Positions 1 to 10,016 of a DNA stretch of 64,000 nt are shown here, piece after piece. The notes under the pieces are model-generated. The model had not been told where the DNA came from and did not search any database. It was given only the letters and a program-made list of their open reading frames with translations. A program made the translations under genes and the position numbers. Source of the DNA: an uncultured Gemmatimonadales bacterium (lineage in GTDB: Bacteria; Gemmatimonadota; Gemmatimonadetes; Gemmatimonadales; GWC2-71-9). Every line of letters begins with the position of its first letter. The stretch's first letter is position 1. Location of the stretch: NCBI GenBank assembly GCA_963730185.1, contig CAVSQW010000014.1, forward strand, positions 224,001 through 288,000, written 5' to 3'.

Positions 1-1
1 C

Positions 2-676
2 ACGACCGCCCGGGCCGCGGGATGCGGGATTGCCTGGGCCGTCGACGACGGCCAGTGGCTCGAGCCGGGGCCCCTGGGCCGGATGCGGGGCGATCTGGCC
101 GCCCTGCTCCGGGCCGAGCGGGCGGTGCTCAACATCCTCCAGCGATCGGCCGGGATCGCGACCCTGACCCGTCGTTTCGTCGAAGCGGTCGCGGGAACAC
201 CGTGCCGGGTGCTCCATACCCGAAAGACGGCGCCCGGCCTCAGGCTCCTGGACGTGGCCGCCGTGGTGGCGGGGGGTGGCGCGGTCCATCGGCTCGATCT
301 CTCCCACACCGTGATGGTGAAGGACAACCACTGGCGGGCGCTGGCGCGGGAACGGCGTTCGCTGCGGGACGCGCTCCAGGCCGCCCGCGCTCGCGGCGCC
401 CTGGCGTGTCAGGTGGAGGTCGAGTCGGAGGGACAGGTGGTGGAGGCGTGCGAGGCCGGGGCCGACCGGCTGCTGATCGACAACCAATCAGCCGACCGGG
501 TGCGGGAGTGGGGCGCGGTCGCGCGCGGGCTCCGCGCCGAGATCGCGATCGAAGCCACCGGCGGCATCACCCTCGGAACGGTGCGTGCCTATGCCGACGC
601 CGGCGCCGATTACGTGTCGATCGGTGCCCTGACCCACAGCGTCCGGGCCGCCGACATCGCGCTCACCCTCGACTGA
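2..676 (+). CDS. nadC: Nicotinate-nucleotide diphosphorylase (quinolinate phosphoribosyltransferase), 5'-truncated by window edge
   Basis: AERAVLN-LQR-GIAT, TRKTAPGLR, HRLDLS..VMVKDNH, QVEVE, LIDN, EATGGITL, SIGALTHS motifs; frame open from position 2. Confidence 0.95.
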   Translation, partial: TTARAAGCGIAWAVDDGQWLEPGPLGRMRGDLAALLRAERAVLNILQRSAGIATLTRRFVEAVAGTPCRVLHTRKTAPGLRLLDVAAVVAGGGAVHRLDLSHTVMVKDNHWRALARERRSLRDALQAARARGALACQVEVESEGQVVEACEAGADRLLIDNQSADRVREWGAVARGLRAEIAIEATGGITLGTVRAYADAGADYVSIGALTHSVRAADIALTLD

Positions 677-739
677 CCCGAGCGCTCAGCCGGCGTCGGC
701 GACCATCGATCCCTCGCTCCTGCCGCCAGGGCCGCCGCT

Positions 740-1695
740 TCATTCGCCGAGCAGGAACCGGCGCATCTCACGAACGACCAGCGCTTCGTCCACGATGAAC
801 AGGTAGTGGTTGACGTCGTGGAGCTCGACGACTCGCGCGTTCTTGACGCCGGCGCGAAACCGCTCGATGGCGGCGCCGGCCCACGTTGCGAGCGGCCGGA
901 TGTCGCGATCGAACTCCTTTTGCTGCGCGGGACCGAGACGCCAATAGAAGGCCACGCGATACTGGGGCGTGAAGCGATTGAAGATGCCGAGCGCCGGCGC
1001 GCGGATCCGATCGTATTGGGCCGGCCGGAGCCCCTGGACGATCGGAATCCACCGTCGCGAGCGTCGGCCGCGGCAGCGCGCCGCACCGACGCCAGATCCG
1101 CCGCGGTCCACTCCGCCGGTAAGGGCGGCTGCGGGAGCGCCGCCCACCCGCCCCACCCCAGGTCCAGGGCATCCAAGTAGACCAGCTTCTCGACCCGCTC
1201 CGGATCGGCCGCGCCGAGCTGGTTCAGCTCGGTACCGGCCACGGAGTGCCCGACGAACACCGCCCCGCGAATGCCCAGGGTGTCGAGGACGGCGATGTCG
1301 TCGCGTACCCGGGTGCCGATGTCGTAGCCTCCTTCCGGCTGGCTGGAGCGGCCGAACCCTCGGCGGGTAATCCCGATGACGTGGAAGCGATCGGTGAACT
1401 GGTCGGCAAACCGGTCGAAGACGTGGGCGTTGTCCCCCAGCCCGGCGAGCAGGACCATCGACTCGCCCGTGCCGCCCCAATCGAGGACCTCGAGGCGGAC
1501 GCCGGGCTCGACCGCGACGAACCGGCTGGAGTGCCCCGCGCGGTCGCACCCACAGGGATCGCCGGACGTGCCGGTCGGGGCTTTGCCGACTGGTGCGACG
1601 ATGTCATCCCGGGCAGAACGAGCCAGGAGGGTCCCAATGCCGACGCCACCCAGACCGCCGAGCGCGAGCAGAACCCAAGACCTCCAGGTTGCCAA
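740..1695 (-). pseudogene. Alpha/beta hydrolase with N-terminal membrane anchor, split by a frameshift near 1040-1050
   Basis: N-part (ORF 610..1695) has LAGLG, TRRGFGRS, GHSVAG nucleophile motif; C-part with NHYLF (likely catalytic His) is in another frame (ORF 740..1549); span 956 nt is not a multiple of 3. Confidence 0.8.
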
Positions 1696-1889
1696 CTCCC
1701 ACCTCCTCTTCGTCGGGTGCCGGTGCTTCGGGTTCGGGCGCGATTGGATCGCGAGCGACTGGCATCCAAGTCGCCGGAGGCACCCCCGGTCGAACCGGAC
1801 GCGTCAATGATATCGGGAGAGCGCGACCCCGGGTACCGTTATATTCTGGCTCGAACCCCTTCACCCATTTCGACGACCGAGAGCTCACG

Positions 1890-3533
1890 GTGTCACCAAT
1901 TCTCCCGATCCGATACCAGCCCGACCTGCCCGCCGATCGCCTGATCCGGACCGACCCGCCCAGCGACGAGGCGATCGAAATGGATGTGCTGTTCGTCGGG
2001 GCCGGGCCCGCGGGGCTGGCCGGGGCGATCGAGCTGGCCCGACTGGCCAAGGACGACCCCGAGCTGAGCGAGCTGAGCATCGGCGTGCTGGAGAAGGCCG
2101 GCAGCCTGGGGGAGCACAATCTCTCGGGCGCGGTGGTCAATCCACGGGCGTTCCGCGAGCTCTTTCCGGACACGCCGGTGGAGGAATTCCCCTTCCGCCA
2201 GCCGGTGGCCGGCGAGGCGGTCTATCTCCTGACCGAGACGTCGTCCTACCACATCCCGACCCCGCCGACGATGAAGAACCACGGGAACTACGTGGCCTCG
2301 ATCTCGGAGATCACCCGGTGGCTGGGCGAGCGGGCCGAGGAGCTGGGCGTGAACATCTTCGCGGGCTTCCCGGTCGAGTCGCTGCTCGTCGACGGGCCGC
2401 GGGTCACCGGAGTGCGGACGACCGCGTCGGGCCTCGACCAGAAGGGCAATCCCGGTGACGGGTACGCCGAGCCGACCGACCTGACCGCCAAGGTCACGGT
2501 CCTGACCGAGGGCACCCGTGGCGCGCTGACCCAGGCATGGCTCGGCTGGCAGCAGGTGAGCTCACCTAACCCGCAACTTTACGCCTTGGGCGTCAAGGAA
2601 GTGTGGGACGTGAAGCAGCCGCTCGACCGGGTGATCCACACCCTGGGGTGGCCGCTGGCCCGGGACGCCTTCGGCGGGACGTTCGCCTACCCGATGGGCC
2701 CGAGCCAGGTGGCGCTCGGCCTGGTCGTCGGGCTCGACGCGAAGGACGCGGGGCTCGATGTTCACGAGCTGCTCCAGCGGACCAAGCTGCATCCCCTCTT
2801 CCGGCCCATCTTCGAGGGCGGCGAGCTGGTGGAATGGGGCGCCAAGACCATTCCGGAGGGCGGCTTCTACGCCCTGCCCGAACGGTTCTCGGGCGACGGC
2901 CTGCTCCTGGCCGGCGATTGCCTCGGCACGGTCGAGGTGGCCAGCCTCAAGGGGATCCACTACGCCATGCAGTCGGGGATGTACGCCGCGCGGACCATCG
3001 TCGGCGCACTGAAAGCCGGCAACACCTCGCGGGCCGCGCTGGCGGCCTACGACGGGATGCTGCGGGAGAGTTACGTCGTGTCCGATCTCCGCCGACGGCG
3101 GAACATGCGCCTCGCCTTCAAGCATGGGTTCTACCGGGGGGGGATCGAGAGCGTGTTGATGACGCTGACCGGCGGACGCTTTCCCGGCGGCCAGATTCAC
3201 GCCGAGCCCGACGCCCGGGAGCTGAAGGAGACCCGGCGTCAGGCGCCGTTCACGCCAGACGGGACGCTGACCTTCAGCAAGGTCGACGCGGTGTTCAAGT
3301 CGGGGAACGCGACCCGGGACACCATCCCGTCGCACCTGGTGGTGGGGAAGGACGTGCCCCCCGAGGTGGCCGACTTCTACGCCCGGCTCTGCCCGGCTGG
3401 GGTGTACGAGCGCGCGGGCGACACCCTCCGGGTCAATCCGCCCAACTGCGTCGACTGCAAGGCCACCGACGTGCTGGGCCCGCGGTGGACGCCCCGCGAG
3501 GGCGGGAGCGGACCCAAGTACCGGGTCATGTAG
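1890..3533 (+). CDS. Electron-transfer flavoprotein:quinone oxidoreductase (ETF-QO/FixC with C-terminal ferredoxin-like segment)
   Basis: VGAGPAGL FAD motif, HNLSGAV, EGTRG, YALGVKEVW, WGAKTIPEGG, KGIHYAM, CPAGVY..NCVDCK..PREGGSGP; GTG start at 1890 inferred. Confidence 0.92.
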   Translation: MSPILPIRYQPDLPADRLIRTDPPSDEAIEMDVLFVGAGPAGLAGAIELARLAKDDPELSELSIGVLEKAGSLGEHNLSGAVVNPRAFRELFPDTPVEEFPFRQPVAGEAVYLLTETSSYHIPTPPTMKNHGNYVASISEITRWLGERAEELGVNIFAGFPVESLLVDGPRVTGVRTTASGLDQKGNPGDGYAEPTDLTAKVTVLTEGTRGALTQAWLGWQQVSSPNPQLYALGVKEVWDVKQPLDRVIHTLGWPLARDAFGGTFAYPMGPSQVALGLVVGLDAKDAGLDVHELLQRTKLHPLFRPIFEGGELVEWGAKTIPEGGFYALPERFSGDGLLLAGDCLGTVEVASLKGIHYAMQSGMYAARTIVGALKAGNTSRAALAAYDGMLRESYVVSDLRRRRNMRLAFKHGFYRGGIESVLMTLTGGRFPGGQIHAEPDARELKETRRQAPFTPDGTLTFSKVDAVFKSGNATRDTIPSHLVVGKDVPPEVADFYARLCPAGVYERAGDTLRVNPPNCVDCKATDVLGPRWTPREGGSGPKYRVM

Positions 3534-3539
3534 GCTCGG

Positions 3540-4733
3540 ATGAGCACGCCGCTCCAGGGCCCCGGCTCGACCGAGCAGCGCGGCTTCCTGGCCCGGTTCC
3601 GGCCGTTCTGGCAGCCGCCGGACCGATTCCTGATCGACGCCGGCCGGCAGGGCGAGCTCCTGATCGCCCGGATCCGGTTCACCCTCACGCTGCTGCTCCT
3701 CCTCGTGCCGCTCGCCAACCTGGCCCTGGCGCCCGCGAGCGAGCGGGAGCAGCACGTCACCGGCTTCTTCATCACCCTCTTCGCGGTGGGGGTGGCGGGG
3801 CTGGTGTATCTGATGGTGGCGCGCGACCGGCGGCAGGACTGGCTCCCGCTCGCGACCAGCGTGCTCGACGTGACCCTGGTGTCCGGCGCGCTGGCCGTCT
3901 ACGCCTTCCTGTCCGACCCGCTCCAGGTCGTCAACAGCAAGGTCACCTTCGACACCTACTTCATCGCGATTGGAGCTACTTGCCTCCGGTACGACCGGCG
4001 GGTGTCGCTGATCGCCGGAGTGGCGGCGATGGCCGAGTATCTCCTGATCGTCGTCCTGGTGACCGTGGCGTTCAATCTCCAGACCGGTGCGGGGATCGCG
4101 TCGCCGTACGGCCGGTTCCAGTGGTCGGACCAGATCTCCCGGATGGTGCTGCTGGCCACCGCCACCGCCCTCGCCGTCTACCTCGTCCGCGGGATGCAGC
4201 GCCAGCGCGAGCTTTCCACCGCCGACCCGCTGACCGGGATCTTCAACCGCCGCTTCTTCGACGACTATTTCGAGAACGAGCTGCTCCGCGCCTCCCGGTA
4301 CGAGGTGCCGGTGGCGGTCGCGATGATCGACGTCGACCACTTCAAGCGGTTCAACGACGTCTACGGTCACGCCACCGGCGACCGGGCGCTGAAGACGGTC
4401 GCTCGGGTGCTGCTCCGCGCCGTCCGGCGGAGCGACCTGGTGGCGCGTTATGGGGGCGAGGAGTTCGTGGTCGTGTTCCGGGAGACCGAGGCCGAGGAGG
4501 CCGTCGGCCGGGTCGAGGAGATCCGGCACGCGGTGGAGGCCGAGCCGCTTCTGGTGGCTCGGACCACGGGGCCGGCCCGGATCACGGTGAGCGGCGGCGT
4601 CGCCAGCTGGCCCGCCGACGGCCTCACGGCCGAGGCGCTGCTCGCCGCTGCCGACCGGCGGCTCTTCGAAGCCAAGGACCTAGGCCGGAACCGAGTGGTG
4701 GGCCCGCCCCTTCTCCAGGACCGGCCGGCCTGA
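3540..4733 (+). CDS. Membrane-bound diguanylate cyclase (GGDEF)
   Basis: About 5-6 hydrophobic helices, then DPLTGIFNRR, DVDHFKRFND.YGH..GD, RRSD I-site, RYGGEEF. Confidence 0.93.
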   Translation: MSTPLQGPGSTEQRGFLARFRPFWQPPDRFLIDAGRQGELLIARIRFTLTLLLLLVPLANLALAPASEREQHVTGFFITLFAVGVAGLVYLMVARDRRQDWLPLATSVLDVTLVSGALAVYAFLSDPLQVVNSKVTFDTYFIAIGATCLRYDRRVSLIAGVAAMAEYLLIVVLVTVAFNLQTGAGIASPYGRFQWSDQISRMVLLATATALAVYLVRGMQRQRELSTADPLTGIFNRRFFDDYFENELLRASRYEVPVAVAMIDVDHFKRFNDVYGHATGDRALKTVARVLLRAVRRSDLVARYGGEEFVVVFRETEAEEAVGRVEEIRHAVEAEPLLVARTTGPARITVSGGVASWPADGLTAEALLAAADRRLFEAKDLGRNRVVGPPLLQDRPA

Positions 4734-5190
4734 TTCGCGGGACGTTGCGCCGGCGACGCGAACCCCTACCCGGGGAAATCCGAGGTCTGAACGGCCAACT
4801 CGTCGTCGCTGTCCAAACCGTCCTCGTTGCTCGGTCCGAAGGGTCCGGAGCCACCGGCCACGAGGGTCCCGGCGACGAGGACGATCCGGGTGGGGCGGTG
4901 ATCATGCGGCCTGCTGATGGTGGTGGGAGCGGGCCCGGGCCGCGACTTCGGTGCGCGGCACTCCCGCCGTAGACGGGAACGCGACGCCGGCGCCCGATCC
5001 AGACGGAGGCAATGGCCGTACCGCCCCGGGGCACCGTCGCATGTCGTTTGGCCCCAATCGCTTCGGTTTCCGCTGCTCGAGGCCGATGACCGATCGACAC
5101 AGCGTCCGATCCGAACGGGAGTGTCAGATCGACACGGGGCGGGGTCTTCACGGAGCACCTCGATGCTCGCCAGCCGGCGCCGCCATCGGG

Positions 5191-5610
5191 TCACTCGCCG
5201 AGCACCTTGATGATGACCCGCTTCCGGCGCTGGCCGTCCCACTCGCCATAGAAGACCCGCTGCCAGGGCCCGAGATCCAGCTGTCCTTTGGTGATCGGGA
5301 CGATCACCTCGTGGCCGATCGTGAGGCTCCTCAGGTGCGCGGCCGCGTTGTCCTCTCCGGTCTCGTTGTGGCGGTAGCGGGCCGGATCCCAGGGGGCCAC
5401 GGTCTCTTCGAGCCAGTGAAGGATGTCGTGCCAGAGGCCGGACTCGTGGTCGTTCACGAAGACGGAGGCGCTGATGTGCATGGCCGAGACGAGCACGAAT
5501 CCTTCCCTGACGCCGCTGGCCGCGACCTGCTCGGCGACCTGATCGGTGAGGTCGATGATCTCCTGGCGCCGGCGGGTTTCGAACCAGAGATAGTGGGTGT
5601 GCGCGGTCAT
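5191..5610 (-). CDS. yjbQ: YjbQ / UPF0047 family protein
   Basis: MHISAS..ND.E, YRHNETGEDNAAAHL, LDLGPWQ..FYGEWDG; AGGGG RBS before ATG 5610. Confidence 0.9.
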   Translation of the reverse strand: MTAHTHYLWFETRRRQEIIDLTDQVAEQVAASGVREGFVLVSAMHISASVFVNDHESGLWHDILHWLEETVAPWDPARYRHNETGEDNAAAHLRSLTIGHEVIVPITKGQLDLGPWQRVFYGEWDGQRRKRVIIKVLGE

Positions 5611-5714
5611 GAGGTCCCCTCCTTGAAGGCGGCAGAACGGTCGAACGTCCATTCCATGATCCACCGGTGTTCGCTACCTTTGCCACGTCCCTCAATCATC
5701 AGGAACGAACGACG

Positions 5715-6824
5715 ATGACTTCTCGCCGGGATTTTCTCCAGGTGACCGCCGCCGGTGCGCTCGGGCTTGGTCTCGGCCGACTCGGGCCGCTCGCTCCCCG
5801 CTCGGCGCCGCTCCGGATCCTCTTTCTCGGTGGGACCGGCTTCATTGGGCCGCACCAGGTGCGCTACGCCCAGTCGCGAGGGCACCAGGTCACGCTCTTC
5901 AATCGGGGCCACACGGCGCCCGATCTCTTCCCGGGCGTCGAGACGCTGATCGGCGATCGCGACGGCAAGCTCGACGCGCTGAAGGGGCGGACCTGGGACG
6001 CGGTGATCGACAACTCGGGCTACGTCCCCAGGGTCGTGCGCGACTCGGCCCAGCTGCTCGCGGGCAACGTGGGGCAGTACCTCTTCGTCTCGACCGCCGG
6101 CGTGTACCAGGCTTTCTACGACGGGTCCTGGCCGGCCGGGGGTGTGGACGAGAGCTCGCCGCTCGCCCCGCTCACCGAGCCAGGCAGCGAGGAGGTCGGC
6201 AAGTACTACGGGCCCCTCAAGGCGCTCTGTGAAGCCGAGGTGCGGAAGGCCTTTCCGACCGGCGCGACGGTTCTCCGGCCAGGCCTGATCGTCGGCCCGG
6301 GCGACCCCACCGATCGTTTCACTTACTGGGTGGTTCGGCCGGCGAAGGGCGGAGAGATGGTGGCGCCCGGCACCCCGAAGGACCCGATCCTGTACATCGA
6401 CGCCCGGGACCTGGGCGCCTTCTCGGTCCACCTGGTCGAGGCGAAGACCACCGGCACGTTCAACCTGTTCGGCCCCAAGGGCACGTTGATGATGGGCACC
6501 CTGCTGGACACCTGTCTGGCCGCGACCGGGCGGAAGGCGAAGCTGATCTGGGTGGACGGGAACACCCTGACCGAGCATGGCGTGGAGCCGGTCGGTGGGC
6601 TGTTCCCGTGGGTGGCTGCCGACGGCCCGGCGGCCGGTGCGTCGCACTTCCATCGGGAGCGCGCTTTCCGGGCCGGGCTCACCTTCATGCCCGTGACGAC
6701 GACGGTGCGCGATACGCTGACCTGGTTCCGCACCCTGCCGGCCGAGCGCCAGGCCAAGCTCAGGGGCGGCCTGCCGCCGGAGAAGGAGCAGGAGATCCTG
6801 GCGGCCTGGCACGCCAGGAAGTAG
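5715..6824 (+). CDS. NAD-dependent epimerase/dehydratase (SDR) with Tat signal peptide
   Basis: SRRDFLQ twin-arginine motif, GGTGFIG, YGPLK (YxxxK), LRPGLIVGPGD. Confidence 0.9.
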   Translation: MTSRRDFLQVTAAGALGLGLGRLGPLAPRSAPLRILFLGGTGFIGPHQVRYAQSRGHQVTLFNRGHTAPDLFPGVETLIGDRDGKLDALKGRTWDAVIDNSGYVPRVVRDSAQLLAGNVGQYLFVSTAGVYQAFYDGSWPAGGVDESSPLAPLTEPGSEEVGKYYGPLKALCEAEVRKAFPTGATVLRPGLIVGPGDPTDRFTYWVVRPAKGGEMVAPGTPKDPILYIDARDLGAFSVHLVEAKTTGTFNLFGPKGTLMMGTLLDTCLAATGRKAKLIWVDGNTLTEHGVEPVGGLFPWVAADGPAAGASHFHRERAFRAGLTFMPVTTTVRDTLTWFRTLPAERQAKLRGGLPPEKEQEILAAWHARK

Positions 6825-6828
6825 GCCG

Positions 6829-7368
6829 TTAGGCGGCCGCCCGTCGCCCGCTCCTCGCGGCGACGGGACACCCCGCCGGGTCCAGAGGCAGCAACCGCGG
6901 CTCGGCGCCGAGCCAATAGAGTCCGTTGGCCATGATGCAGAATCCGGTCGCCGCGAACCACACCATCGCCACCCCGACGAACCCGGTGAACGCCAGCCAC
7001 CACGGGCTCCAGACCACCGACAGGATCGACGCGATGGTCAGGTTGATCCCGACCGCGAGATAAATCCGGCGTTCGAGGAACCAGGCGTCGGTCTGCATGA
7101 GGTAGGGCCTCCCCGGCTCCCAATCCGGGCGCGCGAGCGCCGGTCGGACCCCCAGCCTCACCAGCACGTTGCCGACCGGGCAGAACCCGGTCAGCGACAC
7201 CCCGATCGACACCAGCGCGGTCACCACCACCCCGAGTACCAGGAGCGGATGGACCAGCCAGGCAAGGGCGGTCGAGATCAGGAGCACCACCCCGGCGATG
7301 AGCCAGACGGTTCGCTCGACGTACCAGCGGTTGGTGGGAACGATGTAGATGCCGGATCGGAAGGTCAT
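6829..7368 (-). CDS. Membrane protein with two tandem DUF2892 (YgaP-like) domains
   Basis: Two repeats W(Y/F)xERx...TM-TM...TGFC; GGAGG RBS before ATG 7368. Confidence 0.8.
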   Translation of the reverse strand: MTFRSGIYIVPTNRWYVERTVWLIAGVVLLISTALAWLVHPLLVLGVVVTALVSIGVSLTGFCPVGNVLVRLGVRPALARPDWEPGRPYLMQTDAWFLERRIYLAVGINLTIASILSVVWSPWWLAFTGFVGVAMVWFAATGFCIMANGLYWLGAEPRLLPLDPAGCPVAARSGRRAAA

Positions 7369-7488
7369 GGCGGGGGCCTCCAGCAATTAGTAAAACGGCG
7401 ACCGCCTTGTTTCTACCGAGGAATGGTTACCGCGTCAATCCATCCCGATCATTCTGAGGGCTTCTTCAGGGCCGATGTCCCGGTCCCC

Positions 7489-8235
7489 TCAGCGCCCCAA
7501 CCGCCGCACCTCCCGGCCCCGGGCCCGACTCACGGCCAGCCGGGTCCCGTCGTCGAGCTCGGCGACGAGCTGCCCGTTGCCTCCCCGGCGAAACGCCGTG
7601 ACCCGGTCCAGGTTCACGATGTGGGCGCGGTGGAGCCGGAAGAAGTGCTTCGGGTCGAGGCGGGCCTCGAGTCGGTGAAGCGAGAGGTGCAGGAGGTGTC
7701 GGGCCGAACCAACGTGCGCCGCCACGTAGTCGCCTCGGGCCTCGAACCAGGTCACCATGGCGACCGGGATGGGGAGCACGGCTCCGCCGACCCGCACGAA
7801 GAGCCGGGTGATGGGGCCCTGTCCCATCGCTTCGTGGACCCGATCGAGCGGGGCCGGGCCGGGGGTCTCGCCCAGCGCGGTCCGGACCCGGTCCAGGGTC
7901 GTTGCCAGCCGGGCGGCTCCGAACGGCTTCAGCAGGTAGTCGAGCGCACCCAGCTCGAAGGCCGTCACCGCGTGCTCGGCGTAGGCGGTGGTGAAGACCA
8001 GGTAGGGCTGGTGGTGGGTTCGGCCCAGCACCTCGGTACCGAGGAGGCCGGGCATCCGGATGTCGAGGAACACCAGCTCGGGCCGCAGCGCGTCGATTGC
8101 CTCGACGGCCGCCGGCCCGCTGGCGGCCTCGCCGATCACCTCGATCCAGGGGACGGCCGCGAGCAGGTCGCGAAGCCCGACCCGGGCGACGGACTCGTCG
8201 TCCGCGATCAGGGTCGTCACCCGCGAGTCAGCCAT
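7489..8235 (-). CDS. LytTR-family response regulator
   Basis: IADDE, FLDIRMPG, FTTAY, DYLLKPF receiver; FFRLHRAHIVN...VSR LytTR domain. Confidence 0.95.
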   Translation of the reverse strand: MADSRVTTLIADDESVARVGLRDLLAAVPWIEVIGEAASGPAAVEAIDALRPELVFLDIRMPGLLGTEVLGRTHHQPYLVFTTAYAEHAVTAFELGALDYLLKPFGAARLATTLDRVRTALGETPGPAPLDRVHEAMGQGPITRLFVRVGGAVLPIPVAMVTWFEARGDYVAAHVGSARHLLHLSLHRLEARLDPKHFFRLHRAHIVNLDRVTAFRRGGNGQLVAELDDGTRLAVSRARGREVRRLGR

Positions 8236-9287
8236 CAGCCGTCGCTCGAAGCGGGGACGGTCAGAGTCGCCACGAAGCCGGCATCCGGAGCGGTCGTAAC
8301 GTCGAGGCGGGCCGCGTCGCCATAGAGCGCCATGAGCTGGTCCCGGAGCCGGGCCAGCCCGGTGCCGGACCGGAGCGCCGCCGGCGACGCTCCCGCGCCG
8401 GTGTCGCTCACGGTCACGGTGAGCCGGTTGCCGTCCCGCCGGGCGGTGACGGTGATCTCGGTCGGCTCGACCCGCGGACCGGCGCCGTGTCGGACGGCGT
8501 TCTCCACCAGGGTCTGGACCGCGAACCCGGGTACCAGTGCGTCAGGGGCTCCGGCGCCGAAGTCGGTTCGAATCCGGAGGCGATCGCCAAACCGGATCCG
8601 CTCGATCGCCAGGTATCGCTCGACGAACGCCCATTCCTCGGCCAGAGCCACCAGGTCGCGGTCCTCCTCCAACGTGGCTCTCAAGAGCCCCGCCAGCTCC
8701 TCGGCCGCTTCAGCCGCGCGGGCCGGCTCACGGGGGATCAGATGGACCACGGTATGGAGCGCGTTGAAGAGGAAGTGGGGATTGACCTGGGCCCGAAGTG
8801 CCGCGAGCTCCGCCGCGGCGGCGACCGTCTCGGCCCGGGCCGCCCGCTCGGTGGCCCGAGTGGCGTAGGCCACGCCGGCTACCATGGCGTAGAACCACGC
8901 CCCCAAAACCAGGAAGCGGGTGAGCCAGCCGAACGGGAAGATGTGCCAGATCGGATCGGCCTCGGGCGACGGCCTGAACTGGGTGAAGGCCTGGAGATGG
9001 AAGTCGATCCCGAAGGTGAAGGTCGCGAAGAGGAGGGCGTAGAGGGCCGCGAGGCCCAGGTGCTGGGCGGCGAATCGCCAGCGAAAGGGGTGGGGCCAGG
9101 GCAGGCGGCTCGACACCCGCCAAACCCCGAGGCCGAGGAGCGCGGCCACGCCGACCGCCCAGATACCCCGGCTGGCCGCGGTGGCGAAGGGCGTGCCGGG
9201 ATGGGAGACGTAGAGCAGGATCGTGTAGAGCGCCCACACCGGGAGCCAACCCAGCAGCAGCTGCAGCCAGACCCAGGGACGGGGCAT
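8235..9287 (-). CDS. LytS/YehU-family sensor histidine kinase
   Basis: About 4 TM helices, LRAQVNPHFLFNAL, YLAIERIRFGDRL, QTLVENAVRHG, DTGAG, GTGL. Confidence 0.93.
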   Translation of the reverse strand: MPRPWVWLQLLLGWLPVWALYTILLYVSHPGTPFATAASRGIWAVGVAALLGLGVWRVSSRLPWPHPFRWRFAAQHLGLAALYALLFATFTFGIDFHLQAFTQFRPSPEADPIWHIFPFGWLTRFLVLGAWFYAMVAGVAYATRATERAARAETVAAAAELAALRAQVNPHFLFNALHTVVHLIPREPARAAEAAEELAGLLRATLEEDRDLVALAEEWAFVERYLAIERIRFGDRLRIRTDFGAGAPDALVPGFAVQTLVENAVRHGAGPRVEPTEITVTARRDGNRLTVTVSDTGAGASPAALRSGTGLARLRDQLMALYGDAARLDVTTAPDAGFVATLTVPASSDG

Positions 9288-9337
9288 GGCCGAACGTTGC
9301 CCGCCCCCCCCGGTCGGCGGCAAGGGGACGCCCCCGC

Positions 9338-9928
9338 TCAGCGCGGCGCCCCGGCCGCGACCCGCTTGGCCTCGATGACCAGCACGTCACGATCCCAGCT
9401 CTTGCCGCCGTCGGCGGAGCGGTCTTGATGCATGACGAACCCGTCGGTCCCGATGCCGGTGAACCGGCTTCGGGTCAGTTGCGGCGTCGGGTCGTCGGAG
9501 GAACTCCGGCCGTTGGTGACCATCTCGTGACCGTCCCATGCCGCGGTGGCGCCGGTAATCCGCCCCCGGTAGGCATCGAATCCGGTGAGGATCCAGCGAC
9601 GCGCCGCCGGGTCGTAGCCGCGGAGGTAGTGGACCAGAGCCATCGGGTTGCCGGACCGGTCCATGATCCGAAGCTCGTCCTCGATTCCCCAGCCATCGAA
9701 CGCCTTCCAGGCCTTCCACGTCCCCACCAGCCGGGGGGCGCCGTGGATCCGCGCCGCCAAGGAGGTGGCCTTGGGCTTGACGGTGAGCTCCCACTGGCCG
9801 ATCAGGAAATCGAACTGGCGGGCCTCGGGCGGCGCCAGGTGGGCCTCCGTGCCGGTGGCGCCGTGCTGGGCCGACAGCCCGGCCGGGGTGAAGAGGACGA
9901 GAGCCAGGACGGCAAGGTGACGGATCAT
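9338..9928 (-). CDS. Secreted hypothetical protein (DUF1579-like beta-rich domain)
   Basis: Signal peptide MIRHLAVLALVLF..LSA; QFDFLIGQW and SADGGKSW motifs; GGAGG upstream of ATG 9928. Confidence 0.75.
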   Translation of the reverse strand: MIRHLAVLALVLFTPAGLSAQHGATGTEAHLAPPEARQFDFLIGQWELTVKPKATSLAARIHGAPRLVGTWKAWKAFDGWGIEDELRIMDRSGNPMALVHYLRGYDPAARRWILTGFDAYRGRITGATAAWDGHEMVTNGRSSSDDPTPQLTRSRFTGIGTDGFVMHQDRSADGGKSWDRDVLVIEAKRVAAGAPR

Positions 9929-9983
9929 CGAATCCAACCTCCGAATACGGGTCGAACACCAATGCGGGCGGTACACGGTGGCC

Positions 9984-10016
9984 GGTCCGATCGCCCGGCG
10001 ACAGGGTCCGATCGCC
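9984..10016. promoter_or_regulatory. Direct repeat GGTCCGATCGCC x2 (period 21 bp), candidate LytTR operator
   Basis: Exact 12-mers at 9984-9995 and 10005-10016, upstream of the secreted gene-kinase-LytTR unit. Confidence 0.6.

Noticed and set aside
4734..5190. About 450-bp gap with short ORFs (one ending DGLDSDDELAVQTSDFPG)
   Set aside because: No convincing start or RBS, no recognisable motif or RNA structure; left unassigned.
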